A DNA stretch of 64,000 nucleotides. Source: Candidatus Poribacteria bacterium (GTDB taxonomy: Bacteria; Poribacteria; WGA-4E; WGA-3G). This document shows, piece by piece, positions 42,104-52,558 of the stretch (positions are counted from its first letter, which is position 1; every line of letters begins with the position of its first letter). The translations under genes were made by a program, and so were the position numbers. Where the stretch lies: assembly GCA_965197475.1 (NCBI GenBank), contig CBDANF010000002.1, forward strand, positions 320,001-384,000, read 5' to 3'. The notes beneath the pieces were generated by a model that was not told where the DNA came from, did not search any database, and worked only from the letters and a program-made list of their open reading frames with translations.

Positions 42104-44239
42104 CTATTGCGCCCAATGATAGACATGTGTGCCCGAATCACTGGTGCAGGGTCCGCTGTTGCATCGTGTGAAGGTTTGCCCGCAGCCAGCACGTCTACAA
42201 GTGAAAGTTGTTGTGTGATCGTAGGACGCGCCAGTAATGCATGTCCAGTAATGCCCTCCACAATTACCACAATCTATGCGATGATCAAAACGTGTACTTA
42301 GCTGAACATCACACTCCTGCCGAGCACACGAAACTGTGGTAGGCGGATACTCGTGTGTATGTGTCTGACACGCATAGAAGTTAGTCACCGTACAACTATC
42401 GCCATTCGCATTCGTTTCGGAACAACTCGCTTGCAGCGAATGGGAACTGGATTGACAAACATAGATCGTATGTCCACACCCCCAAGTTTCTGATCTATGG
42501 TCGTAGTCCGAGGATGAACCTAGCCAATAGGTATGTCCACAAGGGCCGATGGCAGGAGCACTGGTGTCTGTAGTACCAGTGTCGTCACTTGCCTCTGTGT
42601 CACTGCTATCACTACTCGGCGCAGCTGGACAGATACACCACCGATGCCCACACAATCCATTAGTACTGGAATCCGTAGCGGATCCACACGTGCCGGTGTC
42701 TGTGCAATAGTCATTGGCAGCATTGTAATCGCATCCATGCTCAAGACTGATGCCGGTGTTCGTGCTGATGATGGTGTTACCACTGCTACCGTTTCCATTG
42801 CTACCAGCAACCGCAGGAGCAGGATCAACACCAGGTGGTGTAACTTGAGATGGATCTACTGGTTGCGCAGCTCCGTTTTCTGTATGTGCATCGTAATACG
42901 GATCGTGCGGATTTCCAAAAACAGTGCTGGTTGATGTACGATCTCGATATCTATCCATGTAACAGTAGGTGTCTGATCCATCTGGACAGGTAGTCGTTGG
43001 ACAGTGGTTCAATCTAACACAGTGCGCAACCTCGTGTGCTATCACGTTTTTGATAGCATTATCAATATCACCTTGAGGGCTACCATTATGATGGTCACTA
43101 ATATTGTTGGTATAGATAGTCACAATGGAATCGTGAGAAGGTATTGAGGGAGAAGGGGTTGCGCGCCCAAATACGGGCTTATCCTCCGCCACACCCTGGT
43201 CATTTACTACTTCGGTCGTTTCTCGGTGAGCATCTGCTCTGACAAAAATCGCGTAAACTCTTTTGTGTCCAGGTATTCCTTCGTTGTTGTAATTCACCCA
43301 TTTTGTGGTATCCTCATCAATTGACTCGTTAGGGTTGTTTATATAGGATTGTTCGACGAGGTTGACTTCCAATGGCATTTCATCAGCGTATCCCGCTTTA
43401 TGCTCACTAATATTCCCGCTCCATGTCACGAAAATATCCTTTTTCCTGGGACTGGTGTATTGCCATCTGCTACGCGAGTATTTATAAAGCTTAAAACCTC
43501 TATATTCCGCAAAGATAGAGAGTCCATCGCCATCATTAGTATTAGCGTCTCCGGGACCGGTTTCTACATCTAACTCGACATCTTCTTTTTCAGCAGCGGT
43601 TAAATTGACATCTGGCTTGTCTTCCCATATATCCGCGATTTTGTTTTTGTTATCGTCGCGTGGGATACGCACGGTGTTACTGTCTTTAGACTTGTAGTCT
43701 CCAGCACCGCCGTAGTCATACAAAGTTGCCGTAATTTTGCCAAACGCACCATAATCTTTACAAGACACTTTGACAGATATTGAAGAATCGTTTCGCCCGA
43801 GTGTACGGCTAAGAGTACCATCGTATTGCTTATAACCATTAATGACACTTTTATTCTTATACCATTCACTATTATGTGAGTCAGTTCGTTCTAAAACAAG
43901 GTCATCGTTTTCAAGATGGCTTGGCAATGTAGAGTATTCTGAATCGCTGTCATTCCCACAGATACCTTTCCATTCAGTGACCTCCGAGAGGAACACTTTG
44001 ACATACGGCAGCTTTTTCGAATTTGGATCTGTTGGAAAATCTACATTTTGGAGAGTTATTGTCACGTTAGCATAGGTTTTTTCTTTTTCTTCGTCTGTGG
44101 AACAGTCGGAAATTGCACGTGGGTGCCAGTTGATATCAAGAGGTTGGATTGTGATTGTAGAAGCTTCTATAGGAGTGCCGATGCTAAAGATGCACAACAG
44201 ACAGAAGCCGCTTGCTAAAAGTAGTCTAAAAAATTTCAT
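42104..44239 (-). CDS. Secreted metzincin-like metalloprotease with Cys/His-rich C-terminal region
   Basis: Signal peptide; WKGICGN, DYGAFG, IPRDDNKNKIADIWE, GDGLSIFAEYRGF, HEVAHCVRLNH, CYMD; homologous to the 15732 and 29385 proteases. Confidence 0.85.
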   Translation of the reverse strand: MKFFRLLLASGFCLLCIFSIGTPIEASTITIQPLDINWHPRAISDCSTDEEKEKTYANVTITLQNVDFPTDPNSKKLPYVKVFLSEVTEWKGICGNDSDSEYSTLPSHLENDDLVLERTDSHNSEWYKNKSVINGYKQYDGTLSRTLGRNDSSISVKVSCKDYGAFGKITATLYDYGGAGDYKSKDSNTVRIPRDDNKNKIADIWEDKPDVNLTAAEKEDVELDVETGPGDANTNDGDGLSIFAEYRGFKLYKYSRSRWQYTSPRKKDIFVTWSGNISEHKAGYADEMPLEVNLVEQSYINNPNESIDEDTTKWVNYNNEGIPGHKRVYAIFVRADAHRETTEVVNDQGVAEDKPVFGRATPSPSIPSHDSIVTIYTNNISDHHNGSPQGDIDNAIKNVIAHEVAHCVRLNHCPTTTCPDGSDTYCYMDRYRDRTSTSTVFGNPHDPYYDAHTENGAAQPVDPSQVTPPGVDPAPAVAGSNGNGSSGNTIISTNTGISLEHGCDYNAANDYCTDTGTCGSATDSSTNGLCGHRWCICPAAPSSDSSDTEASDDTGTTDTSAPAIGPCGHTYWLGSSSDYDHRSETWGCGHTIYVCQSSSHSLQASCSETNANGDSCTVTNFYACQTHTHEYPPTTVSCARQECDVQLSTRFDHRIDCGNCGGHYWTCITGASYDHTTTFTCRRAGCGQTFTRCNSGPCTSDSGTHVYHWAQ

Positions 44240-44259
44240 TGAATATTCACCTTTTATCT

Positions 44260-45789
44260 TCAGTTTTGTTTTTTGTTCTGGTGCGGCGTGCGTTTCTCTG
44301 CAAGAAGCTGCTGCACCTGCTTTGCAAGATCAGGATCGGCTTTTTGGAGATGCTTGATCCCTTCTGCCGGTCCATAACGTTCCATGGTTTCAAAAGCACG
44401 GACAATCCGATCAGGTTCAAACTGTGCTTGCCCGCCTTTGAGGTGTGCTTCCATCTCTTTCATCAGGAAGTTATTGGTATCCATGGGAGAGTCAGCGTTC
44501 ATGATGGTTTCTGCCCATTGCAGAAAATCATCAAGTTCCTTTTGTGAAAGTTCTGGATGTTTCAGAAAGTCATCATGTGCCTGTTGTGCTGCTTCCGCTG
44601 CAGCGCGTCTTCTCTCAGCATTTTCATCACGCGTGTCGGAAGTAGTGAGGCGTTGGACTTCGCGGGCCGGGTCATCAGGAAGGACTTCATGTGCGTGTGT
44701 GTGTTCCTGTGGCACATGAGGTGCCTCCGTATTTTCCAGTGTGTACGCGTATGTCGGCGCGGGAGTGGATGCTTGCGGAATCGGTTTAAAAACAGGATCA
44801 CCAGCTTCAATCCGCTCAATATGGTATCTCATAAACACTGCCAACGGATCATTTTTATGATGCAGCGGACCTGCAAGTGCCCTTTTGTAGTATGTCCAGG
44901 CGGTTTTCACATCCCCTAACTTTTCATAAGCTTGCCCTAACCACGCATCCGCGGGATGACCGGAACCTGGCCCCGCAATACTGGCCGCAACACTGTTATG
45001 TTTTTTTAAATATGGGATGGCTTCCGCTGGCTTGTCATTATTCACCAAAATAACCCCTAATCCAGATAAGGCACCTTGAAAATCTGGATCAATCTTCAGG
45101 AGCACTTGATACGCAGCCACTTTTTCGGCAAGGAATTCCTCGCTCGATGGTATTATCTCTCGCGCGATATAATAGCGCGCTTCAAATTCAATAGGGGTGT
45201 CGGGGTTTTCAGCGATGACACGTTCCGCATACTCGCGAACTTCGGGTCTACCACTGTCTAATGCTTTCAGGTATCGGTAAGCGCGCACAGTATCCAGACG
45301 TTTTAGCAGGGCACGACTATAGAGACTAACTGACTCAAGGTACTCGGCTGCCTGTTCAGGTGCCATGTCACCGCACAAGATTTCCAGCTGCTTTTCATAA
45401 TACTCCTCTGAATATAGAGTCTCTTCCCGCGGGCCAGCAAACCTGCATTCCCAATGACGTTTTCCTATCACCTTGTCTCTATACTGTTGGCGTAACTGGG
45501 TCAGTTGTTTTGAGACTTCTTCTGTGATACGTTTTCGCCTGGTAGGACTTTGGTGTCCATGTGTGTGTGAGTGAACATGCGTTGCGTGTCCGCTTGTCTT
45601 CCCACGCTTGTTTTGCGAGGTGTGGGGGGTTTGCTCATGTGTTTTCCGTTCCATGTGTTGTCTCCTTTCCGTGTCGGTTTCGGTAGAGTGTGTCCTGTCC
45701 CATCGTCCCCACATCAGTATACCACTGATAAAAAGTAGTCCGCCGATGAGGGTAAAGATAACGGGACGACTTATCAAAATTTCTTTCAT
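44260..45789 (-). CDS. Membrane-anchored TPR protein
   Basis: N-terminal TM helix; YAERVIAENP, AYQVLLKIDP, AEAIPYLKK, LGQAYEKLGD; directly upstream of the protease. Confidence 0.85.
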   Translation of the reverse strand: MKEILISRPVIFTLIGGLLFISGILMWGRWDRTHSTETDTERRQHMERKTHEQTPHTSQNKRGKTSGHATHVHSHTHGHQSPTRRKRITEEVSKQLTQLRQQYRDKVIGKRHWECRFAGPREETLYSEEYYEKQLEILCGDMAPEQAAEYLESVSLYSRALLKRLDTVRAYRYLKALDSGRPEVREYAERVIAENPDTPIEFEARYYIAREIIPSSEEFLAEKVAAYQVLLKIDPDFQGALSGLGVILVNNDKPAEAIPYLKKHNSVAASIAGPGSGHPADAWLGQAYEKLGDVKTAWTYYKRALAGPLHHKNDPLAVFMRYHIERIEAGDPVFKPIPQASTPAPTYAYTLENTEAPHVPQEHTHAHEVLPDDPAREVQRLTTSDTRDENAERRRAAAEAAQQAHDDFLKHPELSQKELDDFLQWAETIMNADSPMDTNNFLMKEMEAHLKGGQAQFEPDRIVRAFETMERYGPAEGIKHLQKADPDLAKQVQQLLAEKRTPHQNKKQN

Positions 45790-45892
45790 TAGGAGTCCTC
45801 CTTAACGATTGCTACAGTTTCTATAGTAGAATCCACAGCAACCGAGTTGCAAACTATGTCTGTAAAATCGGTCAAACGCTAAAGATGCCAAC

Positions 45893-46213
45893 TCAACGTG
45901 TCAATGCGTCCCTACCTTGCGTTTCTGTGTCCAGCGAGCAGCGCGGTATGGTTGATTTTGGACAAGGCGTTTCCTGTTTTTCCAATATGATACTGTCAGA
46001 TCCGGGTTGTTCTGTGCAGTCAGGTTTATCCATCTGTGTTGCGCGTGTCATTTTAATAGCACCGGACAGAATAACCCCGCTAATCAAAATGAGAACGACT
46101 GCAGTGATGAGTCTCCGCCTGTTTTTCCGGTATGCAGCCATGGCTGCCACGTCAACTTTTGTAGTTAATAACTTCGTTTTCACAATTGTATATCCTCCAT
46201 TAAAATATGTCAA
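45893..46213 (-). CDS. Small hypothetical membrane protein
   Basis: Basic stretch then one TM helix; GGAGG upstream of an internal GTG. Confidence 0.45.
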   Translation of the reverse strand: MTYFNGGYTIVKTKLLTTKVDVAAMAAYRKNRRRLITAVVLILISGVILSGAIKMTRATQMDKPDCTEQPGSDSIILEKQETPCPKSTIPRCSLDTETQGRDALTR

Positions 46214-46717
46214 GCCAAATTAACGTACAGCAAATGCAGCAACAAAAGCCCGCGACGAGACACTCCGTATGAAACAGAGCGCGTGCGTGCGCGAAAAATC
46301 GCAGCTGCTAACATCTGCGATAAGATCTTGTGAAGTAATAAAATTAACGAACGTGAAGTGGAGGGGGGGGTATTAACTTATAGTTAAAATTCGCCAACCG
46401 ACGCATGCCGCGTAGGCAAATCCTGCTCAGGTGGCGGATGTCCAGCGCGGTCACTTTCTGGATTGTGGTATTCATATCTCGGTTTTTCATTGTTAAATCC
46501 CCTTATGCAAAATATGGTTAATGGCAGTGTAACTTTCTCTCCCTATAAATCTCTTTACACAGCATAATTTCCATATTTGTGGCATTTAACGAGGAGATTA
46601 AATATTAGGTTGCAGAAATTGTAATTTTTTTCTAAATATCTGCAAAATTTCATGTGTTTTTACCATTTTCCCTGAATTTACTCGTAGATACGGATTTACC
46701 AATTTTCTTTTTATAGA

Positions 46718-46837
46718 CAGAGCCATTCAATTCTCAAGTAGTTGCTACTTCTGCTAACGGTCTTTCCTCTGCAGGAGCGATCTTCGAATCGCGATTTTAC
46801 GGAAAAACGTGTAAAAATCGACAATTGAATGGCTCTG
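46718..46837 (+). mobile_element. 120-bp MITE-like element
   Basis: Perfect 15-bp TIRs CAGAGCCATTCAATT / AATTGAATGGCTCTG; internal palindrome GCGATCTTCGAATCGC. Confidence 0.85.
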
Positions 46838-46871
46838 AATTTATGCCTGCAAAATTGCAAAACACAAATAC

Positions 46872-47258
46872 ATGTGGTATAATAATGTTATGAAAGATTA
46901 TATACTGCTATTTTTTAACGTTCTGTTGACTGTAACCGGACAAATTTTGCTTAAAAAAGGAGTCAGTACGGTCGGGCGGATTGGTAACTTTCGGGAACTA
47001 TTCCCGAAACTAACGCAAGTTATTCTGAATCCGTATGTTGTTGGGGGAATTTCGATCTACGGCTTCACAACTTTCGTTTGGTTAGTCATCCTCTCGCGTG
47101 TTAAGCTCAGTATTGCGTACCCAATGTTGAGCTTAGGATATGTCCTGACGATCCCGTTTTCATGGTGGATTTTCAAAGAATCTATCCCTAAAGTTCGTAT
47201 CATCGGTGCTATCATAATCTGTATCGGTGTTTATCTTGTCGCACAAGGAGAAGCTTAA
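46872..47258 (+). CDS. EamA/SMR-like (ArnE/ArnF-type) small transporter
   Basis: GQILLKKG, WLVILSRVKLSIAYPMLSLGYV, FKE...IGAIIICIGV. Confidence 0.85.
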   Translation: MWYNNVMKDYILLFFNVLLTVTGQILLKKGVSTVGRIGNFRELFPKLTQVILNPYVVGGISIYGFTTFVWLVILSRVKLSIAYPMLSLGYVLTIPFSWWIFKESIPKVRIIGAIIICIGVYLVAQGEA

Positions 47259-47261
47259 TTT

Positions 47262-47738
47262 ATGCGAGAATCTGTTTCCAATCTCCGCTCAGATTCTGAT
47301 ATTTCAGCACACAGACAGCTCCCGTCCACTCCTCCTAGATCTTACACTGCGATGGTATTGTCGGCAATTCTGCCTGGACTTGGGCAGATTTACCTAAACC
47401 AATTCGTAAAAGGTTTTATAGTTTTTATCGTATTTACTTCGGCAATTGGTATCTTCTATATCAACTCATATCCGGTGAGGGGATGGAGTGATTTATTACG
47501 TTTTAAACCCACCACACAAGCTGGAACTTCTACTGATGACAACGTATCTTCTGAAACAGATACCGACAGTTCCATTGCACTCTGGACACTTGATGATGGG
47601 AAAACGTTGATGTTTCGCCCCACTTGGATACTAAAAATTACTTCCTCTATCCAAGCACTAATATGTTGGATCTATGCAGTTTATGGTGGATGGTGCGGCA
47701 GACGTGAATTCAGCGAACATCAATTCGAAATAGATTAA
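47262..47738 (+). CDS. Hypothetical membrane protein
   Basis: AMVLSAILPGLGQIY..KG motif; TM helices. Confidence 0.7.
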   Translation: MRESVSNLRSDSDISAHRQLPSTPPRSYTAMVLSAILPGLGQIYLNQFVKGFIVFIVFTSAIGIFYINSYPVRGWSDLLRFKPTTQAGTSTDDNVSSETDTDSSIALWTLDDGKTLMFRPTWILKITSSIQALICWIYAVYGGWCGRREFSEHQFEID

Positions 47739-47782
47739 AACGCAATCCTCTTAGTTTATCCGGATATCTTTGAGGACATAAC

Positions 47783-49198
47783 TTGCAAATCTCGGATATT
47801 AAACTGAAAGCGGGTCTACAAAAGATAGATTGGCTCAATATGTTTAAAGTAAATCAAAAAACAAATCTGAATTCTACCTTTTTTATTAAGTGTACTATGT
47901 TCTTGGCACTGCTAATGCTGGGATGCCAAAATAATTCCCTAAAAAAGATCGAAGGACTTTTGTATGCTGGGATGCCACAAGAAGCTGCTGAAAAACTGGA
48001 GGTTTTTATTGAAACGGAACCCAACAATCCCCAAGCACGGATGTTGCTCGGAAAAGCATATAACGAATTGGGACGTTCTAATGATGCGGTTGTGCAGTTT
48101 CAAAAAGCATCTCTACTCTATGCCGCGCAACCGGAAAAACGCATGGATGCACGGCTTGAATTAGCGCGCACCTATCTCATATTCGGTGATAGAAATTCTG
48201 CTTTTCATATACTCAACATCGTTCAAAAAGGCACTTCAGACTCCAAAGTCTTGCAAAAGATTATTGAACTTTCAGGAGATAGTTATACAACAAAACAACT
48301 TACAAATGGTGCCTCAGACAATTATTCGCCTGCCTTTTCACCAGATGGAACACAAATCGCTTTCACATCTTTTCGCGTTGATAATAGCGAAATCTATTTG
48401 ATGGATTTGAATGGAAGGATACAACGCAGAGTAACTTACACTACAGACTTCAACGACAACTCGCCTGCATACCTAAAGACTCCCAATTATATTTTTTATA
48501 GCAGTGAGCCAAAATCGTCACGAGAAGTTCAAGTTGTCATTCAGAGTAGCGGTTCAACCCCGATTTATGCGGGGTTCAATCTTACACATATCCACAGCAA
48601 AATAACCCATATCGTTCTTCCCATCAGTTTTGGTGCACGTGTGCCGCGTTCCTCCCCATTCAACAACCAAATAGTTTACGAATCAAATACTGATGGAAAC
48701 TTAGAACTATATCTCCTTGATTTAAAAGAACTTGACCTTGCACATATCACGCCTCAGGACATTAACCCTAAACGTATTACTAACAATGAAATTGATGATG
48801 GAAGCCCCGCATTCTTTCCAGATGGAAAACGCATTGTGTTTGTCTCCTCAAGGGATGACGTGCATCAACTCTATACCATAGACATTGATGGGAAAAATGA
48901 AAAACATATCAATCCAAACCGCTACGACTGCTACAATCCGACTGTCTCACCCGATGGAAAAACAATTGCGTATATGTCCGCGAGGGATGCAGATTGGGAA
49001 ATATATCTCGTTGACGTTGATGGGAAAAATGAGCGACAGATTACAAATGGCATAGGAAGATCTATTCAACCTGCCTTCTCGCCTGGTGGACGCTACATCA
49101 CATTTGTTTCCGATAGAAGTGATACCTTCCATATCTATCTGATGGACCTTGAAAACCCTGTTACCCGTGAGGATTTAATAAAACGTTTGCAGCAGTAG
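47783..49198 (+). CDS. TPR + TolB-like PD40 lipoprotein
   Basis: MLGC lipobox; TPRs; SPAFSPDGTQIAF repeats. Confidence 0.85.
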   Translation: MQISDIKLKAGLQKIDWLNMFKVNQKTNLNSTFFIKCTMFLALLMLGCQNNSLKKIEGLLYAGMPQEAAEKLEVFIETEPNNPQARMLLGKAYNELGRSNDAVVQFQKASLLYAAQPEKRMDARLELARTYLIFGDRNSAFHILNIVQKGTSDSKVLQKIIELSGDSYTTKQLTNGASDNYSPAFSPDGTQIAFTSFRVDNSEIYLMDLNGRIQRRVTYTTDFNDNSPAYLKTPNYIFYSSEPKSSREVQVVIQSSGSTPIYAGFNLTHIHSKITHIVLPISFGARVPRSSPFNNQIVYESNTDGNLELYLLDLKELDLAHITPQDINPKRITNNEIDDGSPAFFPDGKRIVFVSSRDDVHQLYTIDIDGKNEKHINPNRYDCYNPTVSPDGKTIAYMSARDADWEIYLVDVDGKNERQITNGIGRSIQPAFSPGGRYITFVSDRSDTFHIYLMDLENPVTREDLIKRLQQ

Positions 49199-49249
49199 AT
49201 ATAATGCCTAATTCGATATTTCAATAGAAGATACCGTTGGAGATAAAAC

Positions 49250-50209
49250 ATGTTTCGGGTAATCAAACCAGAAGGATTCGGTAATATCCAACTTGAAGAG
49301 GTGCCGATTCCAGAGGTAAACGCAAACCAGATTCGCGTAAAGACAGATACAACCTTAATCAGCCGCGGTTCTGAACTATTTAGGCGATATATCCTTGAAG
49401 AAGCGGTTTCTCCTGCCATCATGGGGTATTCTCTTACTGGTACTGTGGATGCTGTTGGCAATCAGGTTACAGATTATCATGTTGGTGAACGAGTAATGGT
49501 CGTAGCACCGCACGCCGAATACGTCGCCGCTGAACCTAACCCAACTGATGGTCGCACCGTCTCACTTCCGAAAGATGTCAGTTTTGAAGTGGGTACTTTT
49601 CTTCCGCTTGCGACAAGTTCTGTCGCTTGGGTGGACTCATCTGGTGTAAAAGCTGGGGATACCGTAGTTATTTTGGGGCAGGGTTTGGTTGGCAGTTTGA
49701 TGATGCAGGTTTTGCGAGGGTATTCACCCGAACGGATTATCACTATAGACGCGTTGCCGTTTCGCTGTGAACTTTCTGTTCAACTTGGTGCAGAAGTGTC
49801 AATAAACGCTGAAAAAGAGGACCCCGTCCAAGCTGTTCGCCGCCTTACCGATGGAAAAGGTGCTGACTTGGTAATAGATTGTGTCGGTGGGCATGCGGGT
49901 GTTAAATCGTTCGAACAAGCCCAAGATATGGTGCGGCAATTCGGTATTATTCAACTCATTGCGCTCTATCAACAAAAACCACTTCCTTTGCATTCCTCAA
50001 AAATGATGAATAAACGGCTCGTGGCGGGTATCCTAACAGACGAACCTCGTGCTAAAATTGCTACACGTGCTGTGCAAAAGATACAGAACGGTGATATCCG
50101 TGCATCTGAAATGGTTACGCACCGTTTTCACTATACAGAAGCAAAAGCAGCATTTGATCTACTGTGGAATTCACCAGCGGATACACTCGGTGTCCTTATT
50201 AAGTGGTAA
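49250..50209 (+). CDS. MDR-family (zinc-ADH-like) oxidoreductase
   Basis: ISRGSE, MGYSLTG, GQGLVG Rossmann motif, GKGADLVIDCVG, MVTHRF. Confidence 0.85.
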   Translation: MFRVIKPEGFGNIQLEEVPIPEVNANQIRVKTDTTLISRGSELFRRYILEEAVSPAIMGYSLTGTVDAVGNQVTDYHVGERVMVVAPHAEYVAAEPNPTDGRTVSLPKDVSFEVGTFLPLATSSVAWVDSSGVKAGDTVVILGQGLVGSLMMQVLRGYSPERIITIDALPFRCELSVQLGAEVSINAEKEDPVQAVRRLTDGKGADLVIDCVGGHAGVKSFEQAQDMVRQFGIIQLIALYQQKPLPLHSSKMMNKRLVAGILTDEPRAKIATRAVQKIQNGDIRASEMVTHRFHYTEAKAAFDLLWNSPADTLGVLIKW

Positions 50210-50228
50210 AGGACGAATCTTCTAAAGT

Positions 50229-50801
50229 ATGACATCAGAAACACAATCAGAAATCACCTTTCACACAAAATTGCGCGGATTCGACCTAACTTTTTCCACG
50301 ACGTGGGGACTTTTTTCACCAAAAGCGATAGATGCTGGAACACAAATGTTGATTGAGTGGTTGGAAATTGAGCAAGACGACACATGCCTTGACCTCGGAT
50401 GCGGGTACGGTGTCATCGGGATAACTATGGCAAAATGCACACAAACTGCAAACGTCTACATGGTGGACAAAGATTTTGTCGCGGTAGACTATGCTCGTAA
50501 AAACGTGGAACAGAATCATCTCAGCAATTGTCATGTTCTCTTAAGCAACGGTTTTAGCCATCTTCCAGACATTCAATTTGATGTTATTGCTTCTAATTTA
50601 CCCGCAAATGCCGGTAAGGAACTTTTACAGATTTTTTTGACTGGCGCAAGACAACATCTCAAACATAATGGTAGACTCTATGTTGTTACAATTTCTGGGC
50701 TTAAAGAGTTTATCAAACGCAATTTCCTGAAAGCTTTTGGAAACTATCGGAAGGTTAAACAAAAGAACACGCATACGGTTGCTATGGCAACTGTATCTTA
50801 A
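50229..50801 (+). CDS. RsmC-like class I SAM-dependent methyltransferase
   Basis: GLFSPKAIDAGT, LDLGCGYG, SNGFS, ASNLP. Confidence 0.85.
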   Translation: MTSETQSEITFHTKLRGFDLTFSTTWGLFSPKAIDAGTQMLIEWLEIEQDDTCLDLGCGYGVIGITMAKCTQTANVYMVDKDFVAVDYARKNVEQNHLSNCHVLLSNGFSHLPDIQFDVIASNLPANAGKELLQIFLTGARQHLKHNGRLYVVTISGLKEFIKRNFLKAFGNYRKVKQKNTHTVAMATVS

Positions 50802-50898
50802 ATTTTTCATCTGAAAATATATGGACATTTGTTATAAGCGCGCGCTCAATTTACTCACACAACTATAGTATAAACTTACTAAAAAGAGGAAATAACTC

Positions 50899-52392
50899 AT
50901 GAAACTATCAAAATTTTTCTGGCTATCTGTTCTATTGTTTATTATTTCATACCCTATTTGCGAAGCTGTAGAGATTGAGGAAGGGGAATTCGAGAAAATG
51001 CTAAAACATCCACAAGAACATTGGTATGACTTGGCAATGATGGGAATGAAAATTGGACACATGCACATATATCTCGAAAAAGCCGAGTATCAAGGGGAGG
51101 AAATGCTTCGGAGTAGAACAGATATGGTGATGCAACTTAAGGGGTTTGGTAAAAAAATGAAAATTGAGATAAACCGAATTGAGTACTCGGATTCCAATTT
51201 TATACCTCGTTATTTTGTGTCAACTTCTAATGAATCAGGACTGAAGCAAGTTGAGGGAAAAATTAAAGATGGTGTTGCATACATCACGACAACACTAAAT
51301 GGTGAAACAACCGAATCAGAAGTTGCTGTCCCTGATGATACGATCTCCGATACCGTAGCAGTAACCTATCTGTTATCTAAAGACCGAATGAAAATTGGAG
51401 AAAAACTTGACTATCGCACGTTCAGTTTTGACTTTTTTCAACCCATCAAAACAGAACTCAGCGTTGTAGAGGAAGCGAGTTTAACATATCAATCTGAAGA
51501 AAAACCTGTCTATATCCTTGAACAAAAGCTATACATTATGGGCGGTATTAACGCACGTTTGTGGGTTACCCGTGACGGCACAACCTACAAATCTGCGACA
51601 GATATGATGGGGCTATCTATGGTAGCAACTAAAACAGATAGAGAAACAGCCCTTGGTGCAGCAGAAGAAGTTGATATTATGTTGGGAACTCGCATTATCC
51701 CTACAGGCAAAAAACCTAAACGGGGCGCATCACAGTTTGTAGCAAATGTACAACTCTCAAAAGGCAGCCTCAATGAAGCTATCATGACGAACAGCCGCCA
51801 GAACCTTGAGTTGAATTCAGAGCGATCTGGAACACTTTCTATTAAGATGCCAAAAGTTGATGAGAAAAATTGTGCAGAACTACCGATCCAGGATACAGAA
51901 CTTCAGACCTTTCTTTCGCCAACTGTATATGTTGAGGCAAACCATCCGGACATACGCGCAAAAGCAGTGGAAATCTTGGATGGCGAAAACAATTCTTGGC
52001 AAGCAGCAAAAAAATTATGCAGATGGGTGTACAAATCCATCACCGAAAAAAATTTAAGCGGCGGCTTTAGTTCATCACTGACAACCCTTGAATCGCTTTC
52101 CGGTGATTGCACAGAACACACCGTCCTGCTGCTAGCAATGGCGCGTTCGGTCGGAATTCCCGCACGAATCTGTGCAGGATTAATTTATTCTGGAAATGCG
52201 TTTTATTACCATTTTTGGCCAGAAGTATATGTTGGAACATGGGTGCAAATGGATCCTACATTAGGGCAGATCATCGCCGACGCTAATCACATTCAACTTC
52301 AAGGAAACACCCTTGAATCTGCAACGATGACTGAATTCACAGAAGGGGTTTTCCGTACTCTCAATCAACTTGAAATTGCTATTGTTGAATGA
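50899..52392 (+). CDS. Secreted transglutaminase-like domain protein
   Basis: GDCTEH, ARSVGIPAR, YHFWPEVY, MDPT (Cys-His-Asp triad). Confidence 0.88.
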   Translation: MKLSKFFWLSVLLFIISYPICEAVEIEEGEFEKMLKHPQEHWYDLAMMGMKIGHMHIYLEKAEYQGEEMLRSRTDMVMQLKGFGKKMKIEINRIEYSDSNFIPRYFVSTSNESGLKQVEGKIKDGVAYITTTLNGETTESEVAVPDDTISDTVAVTYLLSKDRMKIGEKLDYRTFSFDFFQPIKTELSVVEEASLTYQSEEKPVYILEQKLYIMGGINARLWVTRDGTTYKSATDMMGLSMVATKTDRETALGAAEEVDIMLGTRIIPTGKKPKRGASQFVANVQLSKGSLNEAIMTNSRQNLELNSERSGTLSIKMPKVDEKNCAELPIQDTELQTFLSPTVYVEANHPDIRAKAVEILDGENNSWQAAKKLCRWVYKSITEKNLSGGFSSSLTTLESLSGDCTEHTVLLLAMARSVGIPARICAGLIYSGNAFYYHFWPEVYVGTWVQMDPTLGQIIADANHIQLQGNTLESATMTEFTEGVFRTLNQLEIAIVE

Positions 52393-52422
52393 GGAATTCA
52401 AGGTTTTAAAAGAAAATAACTT

Positions 52423-52515
52423 GGCTCATGTAAAGAATGAGTGCTAATGAAAAAGTTAAACCCGCGTGGCCACTGCGTTTATTGAAAACAACAGCACACA
52501 CTTTATACATGAGCG
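52423..52515. mobile_element. 93-bp MITE, same family as 39103..39192, opposite orientation
   Basis: TIRs GGCTCATGTA / TACATGAGCG; TSD AATAACTT at 52415 and 52516. Confidence 0.9.
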
Positions 52516-52558
52516 AATAACTTTTATAGGTGATTCCTATAACAGGAGCAGATGACGA

